62,820 nt of DNA, filler included, from Choristocarpus tenellus KU-1152 (GCA_964200185.2; 8 parts of 8 records of this genome joined end to end with filler, not necessarily neighbours in it), one strand, 5' to 3'; counted from the whole stretch's first letter, positions 47,801 through 60,928 are shown. Numbers and translations are program-made. The notes: generated from the letters alone by a model not told the origin.

Positions 47801-49457
47801 ACATGTATGTATTTTCCTCCTGTGTGTGCATGGTACTAGATGTTCCCCTTCGTCTCCCATTCTGGATAATCTCTAATGGTGTTTCAACTATTTGTATATA
47901 GTTATGATAGAATGATAAATGCAATTTATCCATTTCGTGGACAGGTTGGTTGAAGAGGTGAAGCAGGAGCGTGCTGCATCTGCACAACTCTCGAAGACTC
48001 TTGATCAGGCACGGTTGGAGGTGTCAGAGCTAGTGCATAACCAGGAGTCGACTGCCAATGCACACAATGCAGCTTTGTCAGCAGGAATAGCGCGTGAGGG
48101 GCTCCTACAGAAGGAACTCAGTCACTGTCGTAGCCAATTGGAAGTGCTTGGTCAAAGCCTTGCTGAGGTATTACATGATGATGAGGACAGTGTGGGGGGG
48201 AATGTGATGTTGTGGACGGTGTTGTGTGATCTCCTGTACGGTAGGTGATCAAGGTCATACTCTGCAGACGTGCTTTTTAAAGTAGATAGATGTTAGGTTC
48301 TCCAGAGTCTTCTGTATTTGTCCCTGCGATCAAATGAGTTGATATTGGCATGGTAGAGAGATCTGGACAAACAATGCTGTGATAGAGTGAGGTCTGTCAA
48401 CCTTTATCTATCCGATGCATCAATTGCTACTTCAAGGGATTCTCGTCTACTGAAGATGCCCTATCCTATCCCCTTTTGATTAATGAATTTGTAGCCCTTT
48501 CATCTATCTCTTTCATTTCTTCTGCCAATGATCCCTTTCAATGATCCCTTTCAATGATCCCTTTCATCCCTTTCATCCCTTTCATCCCTGTCATCCCTGT
48601 CATTCCTGTCATCCTTGTCATCCCTGTCATCCCTGTCATCCCTTCCATTGGCAGATTGTACGGGAGAAGCATGAGCTGATTGCAAAGGCTGCAAGTGCCA
48701 AGGCAGCAACAAAGATGATGGAGGCAACAAACTTGATTGAGTTCAAGGTAGGCTTTGCATGACTGTGCAGGTTGGTGCATCAATTGTAGGATTATGTAGA
48801 TGGAACAAGTAATTTGTAGTAGAGGTGATTGTGATTGGAGGGAGGGAATCATCTATGCACCCACTATTAATAGCTACGATGGTCAGGCCTGTTTCTAACG
48901 ACACGAGTTTCATGCCAAAAATTTCCAGTTTTTCCAATATTTCCCTATAATGCTGGGAAAGATGGTCAAATTTGTTGCAAATGTTTTCATTAGGAACAGT
49001 CCTCATTGGGCGTGCCTCCACTGCCTACTCATTCTGGTTTTGATTGATCCTACGATTTCTTATTACTGCACTGGAAGTTGCGACTCCTGTGTTTCCTTAC
49101 AAGGCACAAGAGGCTTAATTGGAAGGGTTAATTGATGCTTGTGTGTTACTTATTGTAGTTCTTAACAGCAAGAATGAGAGGTCCAACAGGTTGGAAGACG
49201 AACCTTTATTGATATTGAACCTCACGGGCTTTCAGATAGTATTTTGGACCACAGCTCTCATTTCTTCTGATCCGATTTACACAGTGCTTGCTCCATTTCA
49301 TCTGCTTCTTGCCATCAAATTTGCACAGACCACTAAGGAATCTGTCATGCATGAAGAGAGACCACACACCACCTCAGTATCAGTTAGCACCTCTCCATCA
49401 AGATGGGTCAAGAGTAGGGACTGGATTGAACGTGACAGTGTCTTGAGAAATACAGAG
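44865..49457 (+). CDS. Long coiled-coil protein, unknown function; partial, exons 44865-45263, 45424-45614, 46949-47056, 47645-47757, 47945-48167, 48655-48747, 49329-49457
   Basis: Seven exons with GT-AG junctions and matching phases (0,2,0,2,0,0); heptad-like E/K/L/A/R-rich translation beginning MEDRFRERYDSLRSVYEARIASLA; 3' end cut by contig end. Confidence 0.85.
48526..48645. repeat. Intronic 9-bp minisatellite (CATCCCT(T/G)T)n preceded by 13-bp units CAATGATCCCTTT
   Basis: Seen directly; ends about 10 bp before the 48655 acceptor. Confidence 0.92.
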
Positions 49458-49935
49458 GTGGGCATTTCAAGCCATTATCCGTGACCATTTTATGCCATGA
49501 CCCCCAGGTTGTGGTGATGTAATGAGCAAGACTTGCCACTGAAGTGTTGACATGAGATTTTCCCGCTAAGGCCAATGACAGTGGTAGTTTTTTCATTGAG
49601 ATCATTCCATAGCACTTCAGAACACAATGGTATATTGAGAGTAGGACCTATTAATATGAGATACCTGCAGTCAGTGTATGATGGTCTTGATGAAGTAGAG
49701 AGGTGGCTGCTGTCAACTTTCTAACAGTTCACATGAATATTTATTTGTTTGCCCTATGGAATAGTGTAGTGCTCTACCCCTGGATTAGCCTATGTACATT
49801 CACCCTGTGATGATAAATAATTGAGGTAGTTGAAGTGGGACCCAACTGTTTTTGCAGTTTCTGGTTGGGGATAATGTAAAAGACCATCTTCCATGTCTTA
49901 ACCTCCACAAAACTTTTCAGATACGAATGTTAGAT

Positions 49936-49939
<4 letters not shown>

Positions 49940-49983
<44 letters not shown>
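49940..49983. repeat. (CT)n microsatellite
   Basis: Seen directly; abuts a family E TIR. Confidence 0.95.
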
Positions 49984-49984
<1 letters not shown>

Positions 49985-50038
49985 GGTCAAAGTATCTGGG
50001 GGGGGTGGTTTGTGAGGGGGCATCCATTTCGGTCAAAC
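49984..50038 (+). mobile_element. MITE family E end at contig end
   Basis: GGTCAAAGTATCTGGGGGGGGTGGTTTGTGAGGGGGCATCCATTTCGGTCAAA; matches the reverse complement of 56285-56357. Confidence 0.8.
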
Positions 50039-50138
50039 NNNNNNNNNNNNNNNNNNNNNNNNNNNNNNNNNNNNNNNNNNNNTTAATTAATTAANNNNNN
50101 NNNNNNNNNNNNNNNNNNNNNNNNNNNNNNNNNNNNNN
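50039..50138. other. Artificial contig linker
   Basis: N44-TTAATTAATTAA-N44. Confidence 0.99.
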
Positions 50139-50580
50139 GTCAATTATCAGCACAAAAGATTACTGCAACCTTAATACCCAATATCTGTTCTGTGTTCCAC
50201 ATGTGCTAGGTGACTGGCAATGTGGACCTTGAATGATTAGGTGGTATTGAGTAAAGCATGTTACTCGTTTCTGACGCATAATCTTACATGTGTTTCGTAT
50301 AATAGTTAAGCCTCTTGCTCAGAGTGAGTGGTTGCTCAAATGTGTAAGGCGTCAGGATATTTCTATGCATATCTGTGTGAGTATCCCATTGGTGTAGAGG
50401 GGTGTCTCTTTGTCTGCATAGGGGATAGGAACCTTGTGTTGGTAGGGCAAAGTCACAATATACAATGCTGTTGCACTCTATTTCTGTGGTATATCCTGTT
50501 CGCCTGAAAAAGGGGTCAGCTTTGAGATATTTGGGGGGATATCCTTAACATTATGAGTAGATCACTATCATGATGAGATT

Positions 50581-51070
50581 AAGTTTAGGCTTGGGTTAGG
50601 GCTTGTTAGGGGTTGGATCTGTGCTCCACAAACAAAACTTTCAGGGCATATGGTTGCATTGAGCTTCAAAGCAAATTTTGTTCTCTCAATTTCTTGCTCT
50701 TTGTTAAAACACAGACCGTAGTGGTGAGGAATCCCTAGCACTATGAGAGGATCATATACAGGTCAGGAACAAGGTTAGGGCTAAGGTTGGGGCTTGTTGG
50801 AGATTGGATGTTTACATCATGTACAATCTATGCAGGTCATGTCATAACATCAAACTTTGTGATCTTTTGTTCCCTCAATATCTGCTCTCTGTTTAAGACA
50901 GATGGGGGGCAGGGGAAGCCTAGTACACATGCAGGTCGGGATTAAGGTTAGGGAATAGGTTTGGGCTTGTTAGGGATTGGGTTTGTGCATCGTATACAAG
51001 TCTTGCAGGATATGCATTAGCATTGTGATTTTTTTCATTTCCTTGATTTCTTGTGTTCGGTTTATGTGTA
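50581..51070. repeat. Three diverged tandem units (about 175-190 bp) headed by TTAGGG-like motifs
   Basis: Units start near 50581, 50771 and 50944 with AAG(T/G)TTAGG...GGTT.GGGCTTGTT.G..(G/A)TTGG. Confidence 0.8.
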
Positions 51071-52221
51071 AGAAAGAACATCATTGCGTTTGCAACGGGG
51101 GGAGGGACAGGGGAGATATTCTATTGTGGACATTGGTGCTGCTGTGTGTATTTGTAGTTTTGAGGGTTGAAGGTGTTGTGTTGAGCATGAGGGGGGAATA
51201 TATATGTAGTTTGGTGTGTGTTTGTATGTGAATACTGGAATATTTCTTGATTTTTTGGGGGGGGAGGGGAGTGGTGGAAACACTGTTGTTGTACGCTGGT
51301 ACTCTTTATTTTTCCGCTATCAAGAATTGTGAAGGGTAGGACACACATCAATGCCATCTTGTATGAGGTAGGGGGGGGGTATGCCACTGTTGTGTTGAAT
51401 GTCGCCCAAAAATGTGGGGTTTGTGTGTGTGCGTGCGTGCCTGTGCGTGTGCTTGTGTGTGTATTAGAAAATATGCTTTCTTTTCCTACCTCTTGCCATT
51501 CTCTCTCTCACGCACACAAAGTAGCCCTGATATCCCCAACACAGATAAGCATTGGTAATCCCTAATTTTGTAGTGGCACCTTCCCTGGCTCTAGAACTGG
51601 ATCTAACCCAGACCTTCACCCTTGCCCTAACCCGAACCCTAACATTCCTCATTATCCATCATCTTGTTAATCATAAAATATGTATGTACTCCAACATAAT
51701 TTAACAAATGCCAACCCCAGCACTAACAAAATCTGACAGTAGGTGAAACATTCCAAGTGTTTCTCCATTTTGCTTACACACCTTACATCCTCTCCCTCGT
51801 ATATACTATAGAATGTGTTATGTTCTCCTTTTCTTGAGCCCAGGCAGCACAATATTACAATGCCCAGTACATGAATATTGACACTGCTCGGGCTTCTGGA
51901 GCAATCATTGTTGGAGTACTGATGTGAATTGCCGTACCCCTTTTCTTCATGGCTACTACAGACCTCTGATGAGCATTGCCGAACTTTTAGCATCATTGCT
52001 GCAGATCTAAGTATTCATCCTAGGAGACCTCAGGTTAGTTACAAATGTTGAACATGGGTTTTTATCGGGAGAAATAGAGAAGTGTTTATGTTGTCAACCT
52101 TGTCCATGCACTACAGGGAAATTTGAAGCAACTTACCCCTCACTGACCATCTACACCACATTCAACAAACTTATTGGTTAGGCTTGGAAATATCTCATAC
52201 AGAGTTAGGCTTACTACTTTT

Positions 52222-52479
52222 GAGCCAAAGTAATCGAGAGATACCCAGATATTGGCCGTTTTGCATGCTACGCCACTTTTTTCATCTTTTGCAATTCACT
52301 CTTGTTTCTATGGATGAAGTACTTAGATTGACCCAAGAGTGTTAATTTCTGCATAGTTGAACATTTTTGGACAGTATTCCGAACATTCTTAAACGTTTTT
52401 GCACAAAATGTCGAAATTTGCACATTTTATTTCGCATCCTTAAAATGCAACCCTGGATACCTCTCATTTACTTTGACTC
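52222..52479 (-). mobile_element. MITE family D copy, reverse
   Basis: GAGCCAAAGTAATCGAGAGATACCCAG ... CTGGATACCTCTCATTTACTTTGACTC; flanks TTTT/TTTG. Confidence 0.92.
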
Positions 52480-52744
52480 TTTGAATGATTATTTACCGAA
52501 AATGTTACCGTTGCAAGAAGTACGATATTTGTCTCGTAACTTACATGCAGTAAGGGATACCACCAATGATCAGCTTCTTGAATACAATTCAGATTTATTG
52601 CTGTAGCAGTTGTATTTTCCCACTATGGATAGAGAACATACTGTTGGCACAAGAAGGAAGGGCTTCCATCCGGGACATCTTAGACCCTGAGCAAGTACAG
52701 CATTTCTTCCTGATTGTGATGGTCCTTCAACTAAGAAATATTCT

Positions 52745-52998
52745 GATTGAAAGTATCTTAGAGGGTACGTGTTTTGCCCTGTTTGTCCATTTGGGGCTTG
52801 GATCCCATTTTTTTTAACGACATTTCCCTACTCCAAAATGTTTTGGAGTAGGTAAAATGTATACGCTATGAAAGGTGTGTCCGAAACATAGACATTGACA
52901 CTTCCTAACAAACTGACAGCTAATATTACATCAAAATCGCAACAATGGATTTTGGTCCCCAAATGGACGCGGCTCTATCCTCTAAGATACTTTGGCTC
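52745..52998 (-). mobile_element. MITE family B copy, reverse, TSD TTCT
   Basis: TIRs intact; TTCT on both flanks. Confidence 0.95.
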
Positions 52999-55892
52999 TT
53001 CTCTTTGAGTAAGATGAACTGCGAAAAAGGTTAAATACTCCCTGCACACTATGCAGCACTATCAAATTCAAATGTAGAGCAAATGGTCAGGAATGCCCAC
53101 TGAACTTGGAGATGATCTTCAAATTAATATTTTCCCTACATCAGCAAGGAATGTTGCACTCAATATCCGTATATTACAAAAAACGTTGTTAACCCAAATG
53201 CATTCCAGGGCAATGAAGGCCATAGCCTGGAGTGGAACAGGAACAGAAAAACTCGCGCGTCATTCAACAGGTGAGAGATGATAATGAAAAATATTTACTA
53301 GCTTGCTCTCACCTGCTATGACTTTCCCCCCCTACCTGACATAGTAGGATTCTTGCTTATCTCACAGTACAGTATGGTGTAGAAAATCAGGGGGGTGGAA
53401 ACTGCCAAAAAAAATGAATTATAGGTGTCTCCAAGATAAGGTGGGGCGAAAACATCCCAAAAGGTATAGATGGTGAGATTTTGGGTGTCTAAGCTTGTTG
53501 TTTGGTCCACTGTTGTTGTGTGGCGTTCAGCATACCAGAAATTACTATATTTTTGTTGGTCGGCAATGCTGCCTTGGGACTGCTTTAAACAATCTTTACC
53601 CCCCACCCCCCCCACCCTCATCTCAGAGACTCGCCAAATTCAGTTATTATAATAGCCGTTGAAAAATCAGGGGAAGGCTGTACAGCATGGGGATAAGTAC
53701 TAGGAAAGATGCCATAATACCAATACTTTGTAGCACTGTCTCACTGTCAAAATTTGCACAACATATTTCTTCTACGCTGGTGCTGTTGTGATAAATGTTG
53801 CACAATTTTCCTTTCCATCCATTATTTTCCAGTACAATCTTCCCCTTCTGTCAATATCAAATTATCGAGGAGGAGCAGCTATGGATAGAAAGTTATACGT
53901 ATGGTAGAGAGTTGATGGAAAAGAACAAAGAGGTGGCGGTGGGGTTGGGGGGGGATGACCTGGAAAGTCTTTATTGCTGTATACTGCTTATTTCGACGAG
54001 TCAGATCCCTTTGTAGTAGTGTTTATCATTACATGTTTGTTTTGTGTACTCACCCCTTCCCACTACAGAAATGGGAAAATCCATTCCCCCAGATTTTTAC
54101 TCAACCGGGAAATTTTTCTTGAAGTTGAACACTACATATATACGAAAGACATCTTCTTGTTCCCTTTTAATCTGATGTGTCTATCCACTTGCTAGGACAT
54201 TATTTTCTAATACCACAAAGCTTTATGCACTGGGATCTGTTTGCCATGTGCATGCCACACAATGCAATTGCCCACAAAAGACACAAACATACAGCTTACA
54301 TAGTCCTCCCCTCTTTCTCACCCTCGTTTTGAACCGAGCCATAACAGGCACTGGGTAGACTTGGTGGCGGTGGGTGCTCCACTGATGAAATGCAGACTTT
54401 TTGTGAGGTTTTGCTAGAGCAGGTGGTTTTGAGGGGGAGCACTTCTGAAGCAACACATCAGCACAAGCAGGGACGGGTCGAAGGGGGAGTTAGTGGCACC
54501 TCAAGGGTGAAGGCAAGTTCTTTTTTTCTCTTAGAGTATACAGGTGGAGGGAGAGGAAGACTATCGGGAATATTGAGTGTATCGGAAGTAAAAAAAGGAC
54601 TTTTAGGGGGGAGCCGGGCACTCGATCTGTAAAGTCCGCTTTTTCCCACTGACCATTCATCGAAAGTCAACGGATCGGTGTGGCATTTAAGTTTACTTAG
54701 CACTAACAGTTAAACTAATTAGAAACGTACGTAGTCAGTCAATGGTAAATGCTGTAGACATACTTCAACAAACAAATTTGACCTCTTTGAAAAGCCGGAC
54801 TGTATCAATGAATACAATCGTGACTGCTGATGGACCTTCCGTAATAAAATGAGATTCTCGGGATAGACTAAGATCGAGAAACGCCTGTATCATGAAGGTA
54901 GATATGATAAGGGAAACTTTTAGAATAGGTCAAGGTTCTAGTACGGAAAATATCATTTACAAGTAGTAGATTAGCCTAAACATTTGTCTGTATAACACGA
55001 GGGCAAAAATATGCCCTATATATGTACTATTATTTATGTATTTAATTATTATGCATGAATGCATGTATGTATGTGCGTAATTCGAAGTATATATGTGCAA
55101 TCTAAAAACAGTTGGTGTTCTGTCCTATTCTGGCAATATTCTAATTGCAAGGTCCTATTCCCAGTGAGGTCTCACAGAACTGTACTTTGGAGTACAACAG
55201 CATATCTATTTGTGACGGAGAACATGGATAGACACTTACTTACACAGAGTTCTAGATTCGAAAGAAGCGCTTGGATTTCTGACCTACCGTTGGGACTGCA
55301 CTTCAAAATAGAAGTTATTGTGGCAATGTTGGTGTGGCTGGACTGCAATACGTTTGAAGAAACAGCTTGCAATAGTGCAATATATCTACACTTTACCTAT
55401 GCTTTACCTATGACCTTGATTTCTGTTTACAGGCTGATTAAATTACAATAGAGTAGGGTCATAGCCTACATTTTTTTATCCAGTTTCTTTCTACAAGTAG
55501 AACTTGCGACTATGGTGTTCAACACCTATGCTACCTTTATATTAACAATAGTACGTAGAGTCGACTGCAAAATAGTCGCCTGTACTTATTCTGTGGGAAG
55601 CATTCATGGCAATGTTATAACCAGTGTGTCAGAGTGCATAGAAGATCGATGCTACTTTGACTATCAAATTTCTTACATTTTATGTGGAAACATAATTCAT
55701 TATTAGACTTGATAGGAGAGCTCTTGACATACTCCATATTGACCACTCCGGAAATAATGCTGTAGATAGTATTTCTATATATATCTGCAACATGCACCTC
55801 TACTCCCAATCTGTATTTTTTTTTTGCTGACCATGACTGCTATACTTGATGCACATAGCAGTAGCAAGAGGACAGAGATGCTCGGGAGGTTT

Positions 55893-56072
55893 GGCTCAAA
55901 GTATCTGGGGTTGGTGGTGGCTGTCCATCTGGGATCAACTTTTTCATGTCGCGATTTTTGGGTGATTTGGCTGCATACGTCGGATGGATAATGTAAATGC
56001 ATTTTTCCTGATTTTATCCCAAATGGACACCCTGGTGTAGTCCCCCCCCCCCTCTCCCAGATTCTTTGGGTC
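55893..56072 (-). mobile_element. MITE family A copy, reverse, TSD GTTT
   Basis: GGCTCAAAGTATCTGGGG ... CCCAGATTCTTTGGGTC; GTTT on both flanks. Confidence 0.93.
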
Positions 56073-56151
56073 GTTTTCATATTTATCAAAATGTTCTGGA
56101 GGTCTGAACATCGATAGTAGTGCAAGCAGCAGCACTGTAATTAACACCTTT

Positions 56152-56184
56152 GAGTCAAAGTATCTGGGGGGGGGGGGTGAGGGG
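56152..56184 (+). mobile_element. Family A/E TIR at contig end
   Basis: GAGTCAAAGTATCTGGGGGGGGGGGGTGAGGGG then linker. Confidence 0.8.
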
Positions 56185-56284
56185 NNNNNNNNNNNNNNNN
56201 NNNNNNNNNNNNNNNNNNNNNNNNNNNNTTAATTAATTAANNNNNNNNNNNNNNNNNNNNNNNNNNNNNNNNNNNNNNNNNNNN
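56185..56284. other. Artificial contig linker
   Basis: N44-TTAATTAATTAA-N44. Confidence 0.99.
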
Positions 56285-56357
56285 AAAAAAAAAGTTATTT
56301 GACCGAACCGGACGCCCCCCCACACACCCCCCCCCCCCCCCCCAGATACTTTGACCC
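56285..56357 (-). mobile_element. MITE family E end at contig start
   Basis: TTTGACCGAACCGGACGCCCCCCCACACA-polyC-AGATACTTTGACCC. Confidence 0.8.
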
Positions 56358-56741
56358 TCACTTAAGTCACCACTGAGGATCATCGCTATTGAGGTTAATC
56401 AATCCCCTAAAGTATTTTGTCATGTTAGAATTGTATTACAGAGTTAGGGCTGGGGGAGTCACCTTGGTAAGGTACATGTATTTGATAGGCTGCGGGCCCC
56501 TGAATGCCTTCCATTTTACCACCCAGATCCGTTCTCTTGAAGGGATTCTATTGCCACCCTATTATTAGACTAGCAATTGTCACGAATTACATATAGCTGC
56601 GATGTACACCAGTACTCAAAAGGCCAAGGCTGAATTTCTTTCTTTTTTTGGTCATCTGTCACTTTGACGTTTTGTTTCATATTTTTCCACGGGGCGTGTA
56701 GGCAAAGACGGCCTACCCAGTATCAGTGTCGTCTACCACAG

Positions 56742-59700
56742 CCTGGGGTCTGCTAGATGCTCGCCTTCTTGGCTGGGAAACCTCGTGCTTCACCAGTGGG
56801 TGGTAAGACCGCGAAGGGAAAGAAATAGGATGGGAGTCCAGAGGGAGAAAGAGAGAATCAAGAGAGCTACAGCTGCTTTGGAAGGAGTGGTGAGGGAGTT
56901 TTTTTGCCCCTGGAGTTTACTTTTTGTGGTACAGGGAAGGGGTCAGGGTTTCATTGAGAGGGTAGCTTCCCTGGTTGGGGTAGCTCAGGGAGGGTTTTAC
57001 CAGGGATGAGAGTTTGTACATGTGGGTGCTGGATTAACAATGATTTGAGCTCTCGTGCCTCCTGTTTGTTTCCTTGTGTTGTGGCGGTTTGATTGGAGTG
57101 TTCAACGTTGCCACAAAGGATTGTGATGCCCTAAATTTTGGCCCCATCTATGCACAAGCAGGTGTCTCCACATTTTGAGCTTGTTTAGTTGAATACTCCT
57201 ATGTACAAGGACTACTCTCACATCTTCGGGTGACTGACTATCTTCCCATTGGTAGACACCGCCCCCTTGCTTGCCCGTGAATATTTGTTGTTATCCCCAT
57301 CTTCAAGGTGGCATACTGCGAGGGACGGTACTGTCACCGTTGAACCCAACTGAAACACTTTGGGGAGATCATCCAGACAATGAACACCTCAGGTGCCCTG
57401 CCTGCACACCCTGTAAAGGGAGATATGATCCAAGGGGGCGGTAAGGAGGAGACGGGGTTGGGCAATGCCTGCCGTGAAACTTGTGACTGGTGTTCCAACA
57501 GAGCAGGAGCGGAGGCGTTATTGGGACGTCTGGAGGTGGCAAGGTGTGCTGGGCAATGGAAGGAATGTTTTTTTCTTCTTTTTCCTATAGCTCTTTTCAT
57601 TGTTTGTTGAAGTACTTCAAAGTATAATGTACGGGCAATACGCTGGAATGAGTCAATGCCTGATGGCACCCCCTGCCATGCATTAAAAGATGTTTGCAAG
57701 TAAATGTTTCGCCAGGGCTACAGTGCACGCTGTTTTCAGGTCGAAATCTTCAATCCCTGTTAGTGCATTGATTTGCTAGAGCTTCAACATGCATGTAAAA
57801 TCTTGACTGTCAATTAGATACTTTGTGCGCTGAAGAACCAAAGGTTTAATCGGTGGTATCTAATAGCACGATTTAACTTCGATTTTTTGCAGTGTGTTTT
57901 TTTGTAAATAGCACTATTTGTCATACCTCGGCAATCTTCCTTCTGTTGCTCGGAACAACTTCTTTCTCTGAACATAGTGAAGCACATGGGTTAATTACCT
58001 TCAAGTATATGCACCATCATTCCAAGAGGGGATATAGAAAACTTTGCAGCTCTGATGGGACTCTCCCACGTATATTGCTACAGCGGATAGTATTCCTTGT
58101 GCAATAACATTGCCTGTACATAGACTTACTTCTTTGTTGGGTAGGAAAACAGTAATCAATAGATACACGCCGATTACTCTTATTAAGTTCCTTTCATTTT
58201 TTTGGTAGGGTGGATCACCGTATGTTACCTGCTGGAATTGCGTGTTTTAGCAAACACAATGTGGTAGAGATTTGCTAGTACTTACTTGCATAGCTGTTTC
58301 ACTGGACTATAGACACGGTAAGAATCAATTTCAGTTGTTTTGGTGATTCTTGTAGAATAAATGGTACAATATGCTATGGTTCACAGTTTTTAATCGGCGC
58401 AGTTTGTTGGCAATGAAAGGTAATACATTTTTCGAAGGCTATTTGTACTTTTTTATTCTCATCCCATATCAGATCGCATACTCTATTCACGTAACTGGAG
58501 AAGATGCAACTCCACATGTTACCTTTTTTGTTTTTGTTTTTTTTAAACCCACCTCCTACATTTCACTGATTCGGATCTTGGTTTGCTTTCCATTACACCC
58601 CCTTATGTTGCCACCTGTCCAGTGTAATTGTCCATCCCCCTGTTGCACGCATTTGGTCCTCCTACTCTCTCTACTTCCATGAGTTGCTTCCTTTTCCCTT
58701 AACCTGCTCAACCTGTGTAGACCCCTATGCGCTAAGGTGTACATGAGTTGGGGCATAATATCATGGAGTGCGCAGCCATGCAGAAGAACAGCGCTGACTT
58801 ACAACCTTTCACCCTCACACATACAGACATACACCACACTCATTTATGTCTCTCTGTATAGAGTATATCTTGCACCACTGACCCCACGCCTATCTCTTCT
58901 CCCCTTGACTAACAACATCCACTAACACATTTTTTGTTTTTGGGGGGCAACACTGCTTGCAGAGCTGGAAGGGGGTGGATGGGCCGACTCGATTTGGACA
59001 CCTCCAAGGGTATGACCAAGGCCCAGGCAGAGGAGCGTGCGGGGTGGGACTTTGGAAGTTATTACCAACTTGCTGGGGGTTCCAGGGGTGGGGAGGACGA
59101 TACAGTGAATTTTTTGAGGTAGAGGACTGATTGCTTGGTCAAGATCAGGAATGTAAATATAGGAGTGATAAGAGTTGGTGGAACGGTATGACTAGCTGTG
59201 AGAGAAAGTGGTGACAGTATGCAGTATTGACCAATTACTGTAAATGTTATATTTTTTACATTGGTGGTATACCTTGCAATGTCACACCAATCCACCGATA
59301 CCCCCAATATCTGGTTGGCGGAATCTCCAATTTCTCCTCAAAAACGGCACACATCCGATTTTTCGGTGATGTTGACTTCCCTGATAAAGGCAGGGGCGGT
59401 GGTGAAGGCCAAAATGTACAGGTGAAGTGGTGCACTGTCTGTGAATCATCGAAACTAGTGAGGTGGGTAGGAGCAGGGGATTGACTACCAATGGTGGGAG
59501 TAATAGGGTATACCCTGGAAAAGATCGTAATATTAGGAGACACATACACACCACAACAGTTGGTCACAGGTTGTGTACATGTAATAATTCAAGCAGCCGC
59601 ACACTCATGGGTGAATGCCAACTGCTATTCTTAATTGTATCAGCGGAAAGAGGAAGGTCCTGCCCCCCATTCAAGCAGTAGACACCAAATAAAAGACTGG

Positions 59701-60391
59701 TAATCTGCGGTGTATTCAACCAAACAGAGCCACTGAAGCTCAAGCCCTCACAGGTTTGTGTTTCATTTGGGACAGCATTCGTTCCCCAAAGTTTTGGATG
59801 CTTTCATCATGGCTTCAGCCCTTTATGCAAAGGAGGTTTGCATTCGTTTTCTAGTGTTAATCACACTGAAGAAAAAAAAAAAGTTTGCTGTGTCTCTTCC
59901 TTCCATGATGAATAGTCTTAAAGGAGGTATTCCAACATCGCAACAGTTTTCAATGTTGGGACCGGAGAAGGTAAGATGGCCAGAAGCTAATCGTGTTGGT
60001 GTTGGTGGACGAGTCTCTACAAATTTTTTCTTGACGTACCATATTATGAGAAGCAGGCCAGAGGACAGTCTACCGTGCCAAGAGCGTGTTTGCTAAGATG
60101 CTCTTCATCTCTCGTCTGTCGAACTGATAAGGTTGATTCTTACTCACTATTATAAGTTGTAAATGCAAGGATGCATGCTTTTTTTTTTGCGGACTGATGA
60201 CTCGTAAAGTAAGTTGCAATGCCTTCCACCAAAAAAAAACGCCCCCGGTCCTCAGGCACCTTTCAACTTGCACATCTATTGTCCCCTTCCCCACCTCCCC
60301 TTCCTCGTACGACCGCTCTGCCATTTCTCTTGTCCCTCACTGCCGGACGATAGCGAAGAAGAGGATTCCGGTGAAGACAGCGGTTGTGTGA
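56742..60391 (+). CDS. 3' part of an unknown protein; exons 56742-56802, 57377-57543, 58963-59118, 60256-60391
   Basis: Four AG/GT-bounded exons with matching phases (0,2,2) giving ...WLGNLVLHQWV|TMNTSG...LLGRLEVAR|AGRGWMGRLDLD...WDFGSYYQ...VNFLR|HLSTCTSIVPF...KTAVV*; ACTAAC branch site before exon 3. Confidence 0.55.
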
Positions 60392-60928
60392 CTGATCAAT
60401 CAGGTGTCCGTTTCGATGGACGAAGGGAAGGGGAAGAGGGGTAGAGGTCAGGGGCCATCAGTTCCCATGTCCCTAGCGGTAAGGAGATAGTGGTTCCTAA
60501 TTGTAGGTTTTAAGAGATGTATTTCTTGATAGTTAGGATTCCAGTCACTGCCAGTTTGTCGCTCTCTTGCTTCTTGTTTGTGTATTGTTTCCAATTCAAT
60601 ACAAATTGTGACAACTTGAGTACTGTCATTACCAGATATAGAGATGAGGTGTGATGTTGAGCTTGTTGTATAATATTTTTATTTCAACTTTGGGGGTGGA
60701 CGGTTTGAGGGAATATGGAGAACTGGGGCAACAGCAGCAAGCATTGTAAGTATTGGTGGTGCTGATGGGTGGTTGATATGATACTGCAAGTACATGGTAT
60801 TTACTTATCTGATTACCCAACCCCTCGCTTCTATTGGTATTGTATAGCATAGAAAATGTTATCTTGTTTTAGCAAGTATTTAACCTACTGCAAACGGCAG
60901 TGTAGACCTTGCTTTGGTTGAAGTAGAT

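Noticed and set aside
51844-55450. Scattered candidate exons (51844-52033, 52633-52694, about 53145-53270, 54390-54632, 55059-55451)
   Set aside because: Open frames and splice-like sites exist on both strands, but no consistent model or recognisable domain could be built.
7393-56284. Recurring TTAATTAATTAA flanked by Ns as a biological repeat
   Set aside because: Identical 100-bp synthetic six-frame-stop linker; neighbouring contigs are not necessarily adjacent in the genome.
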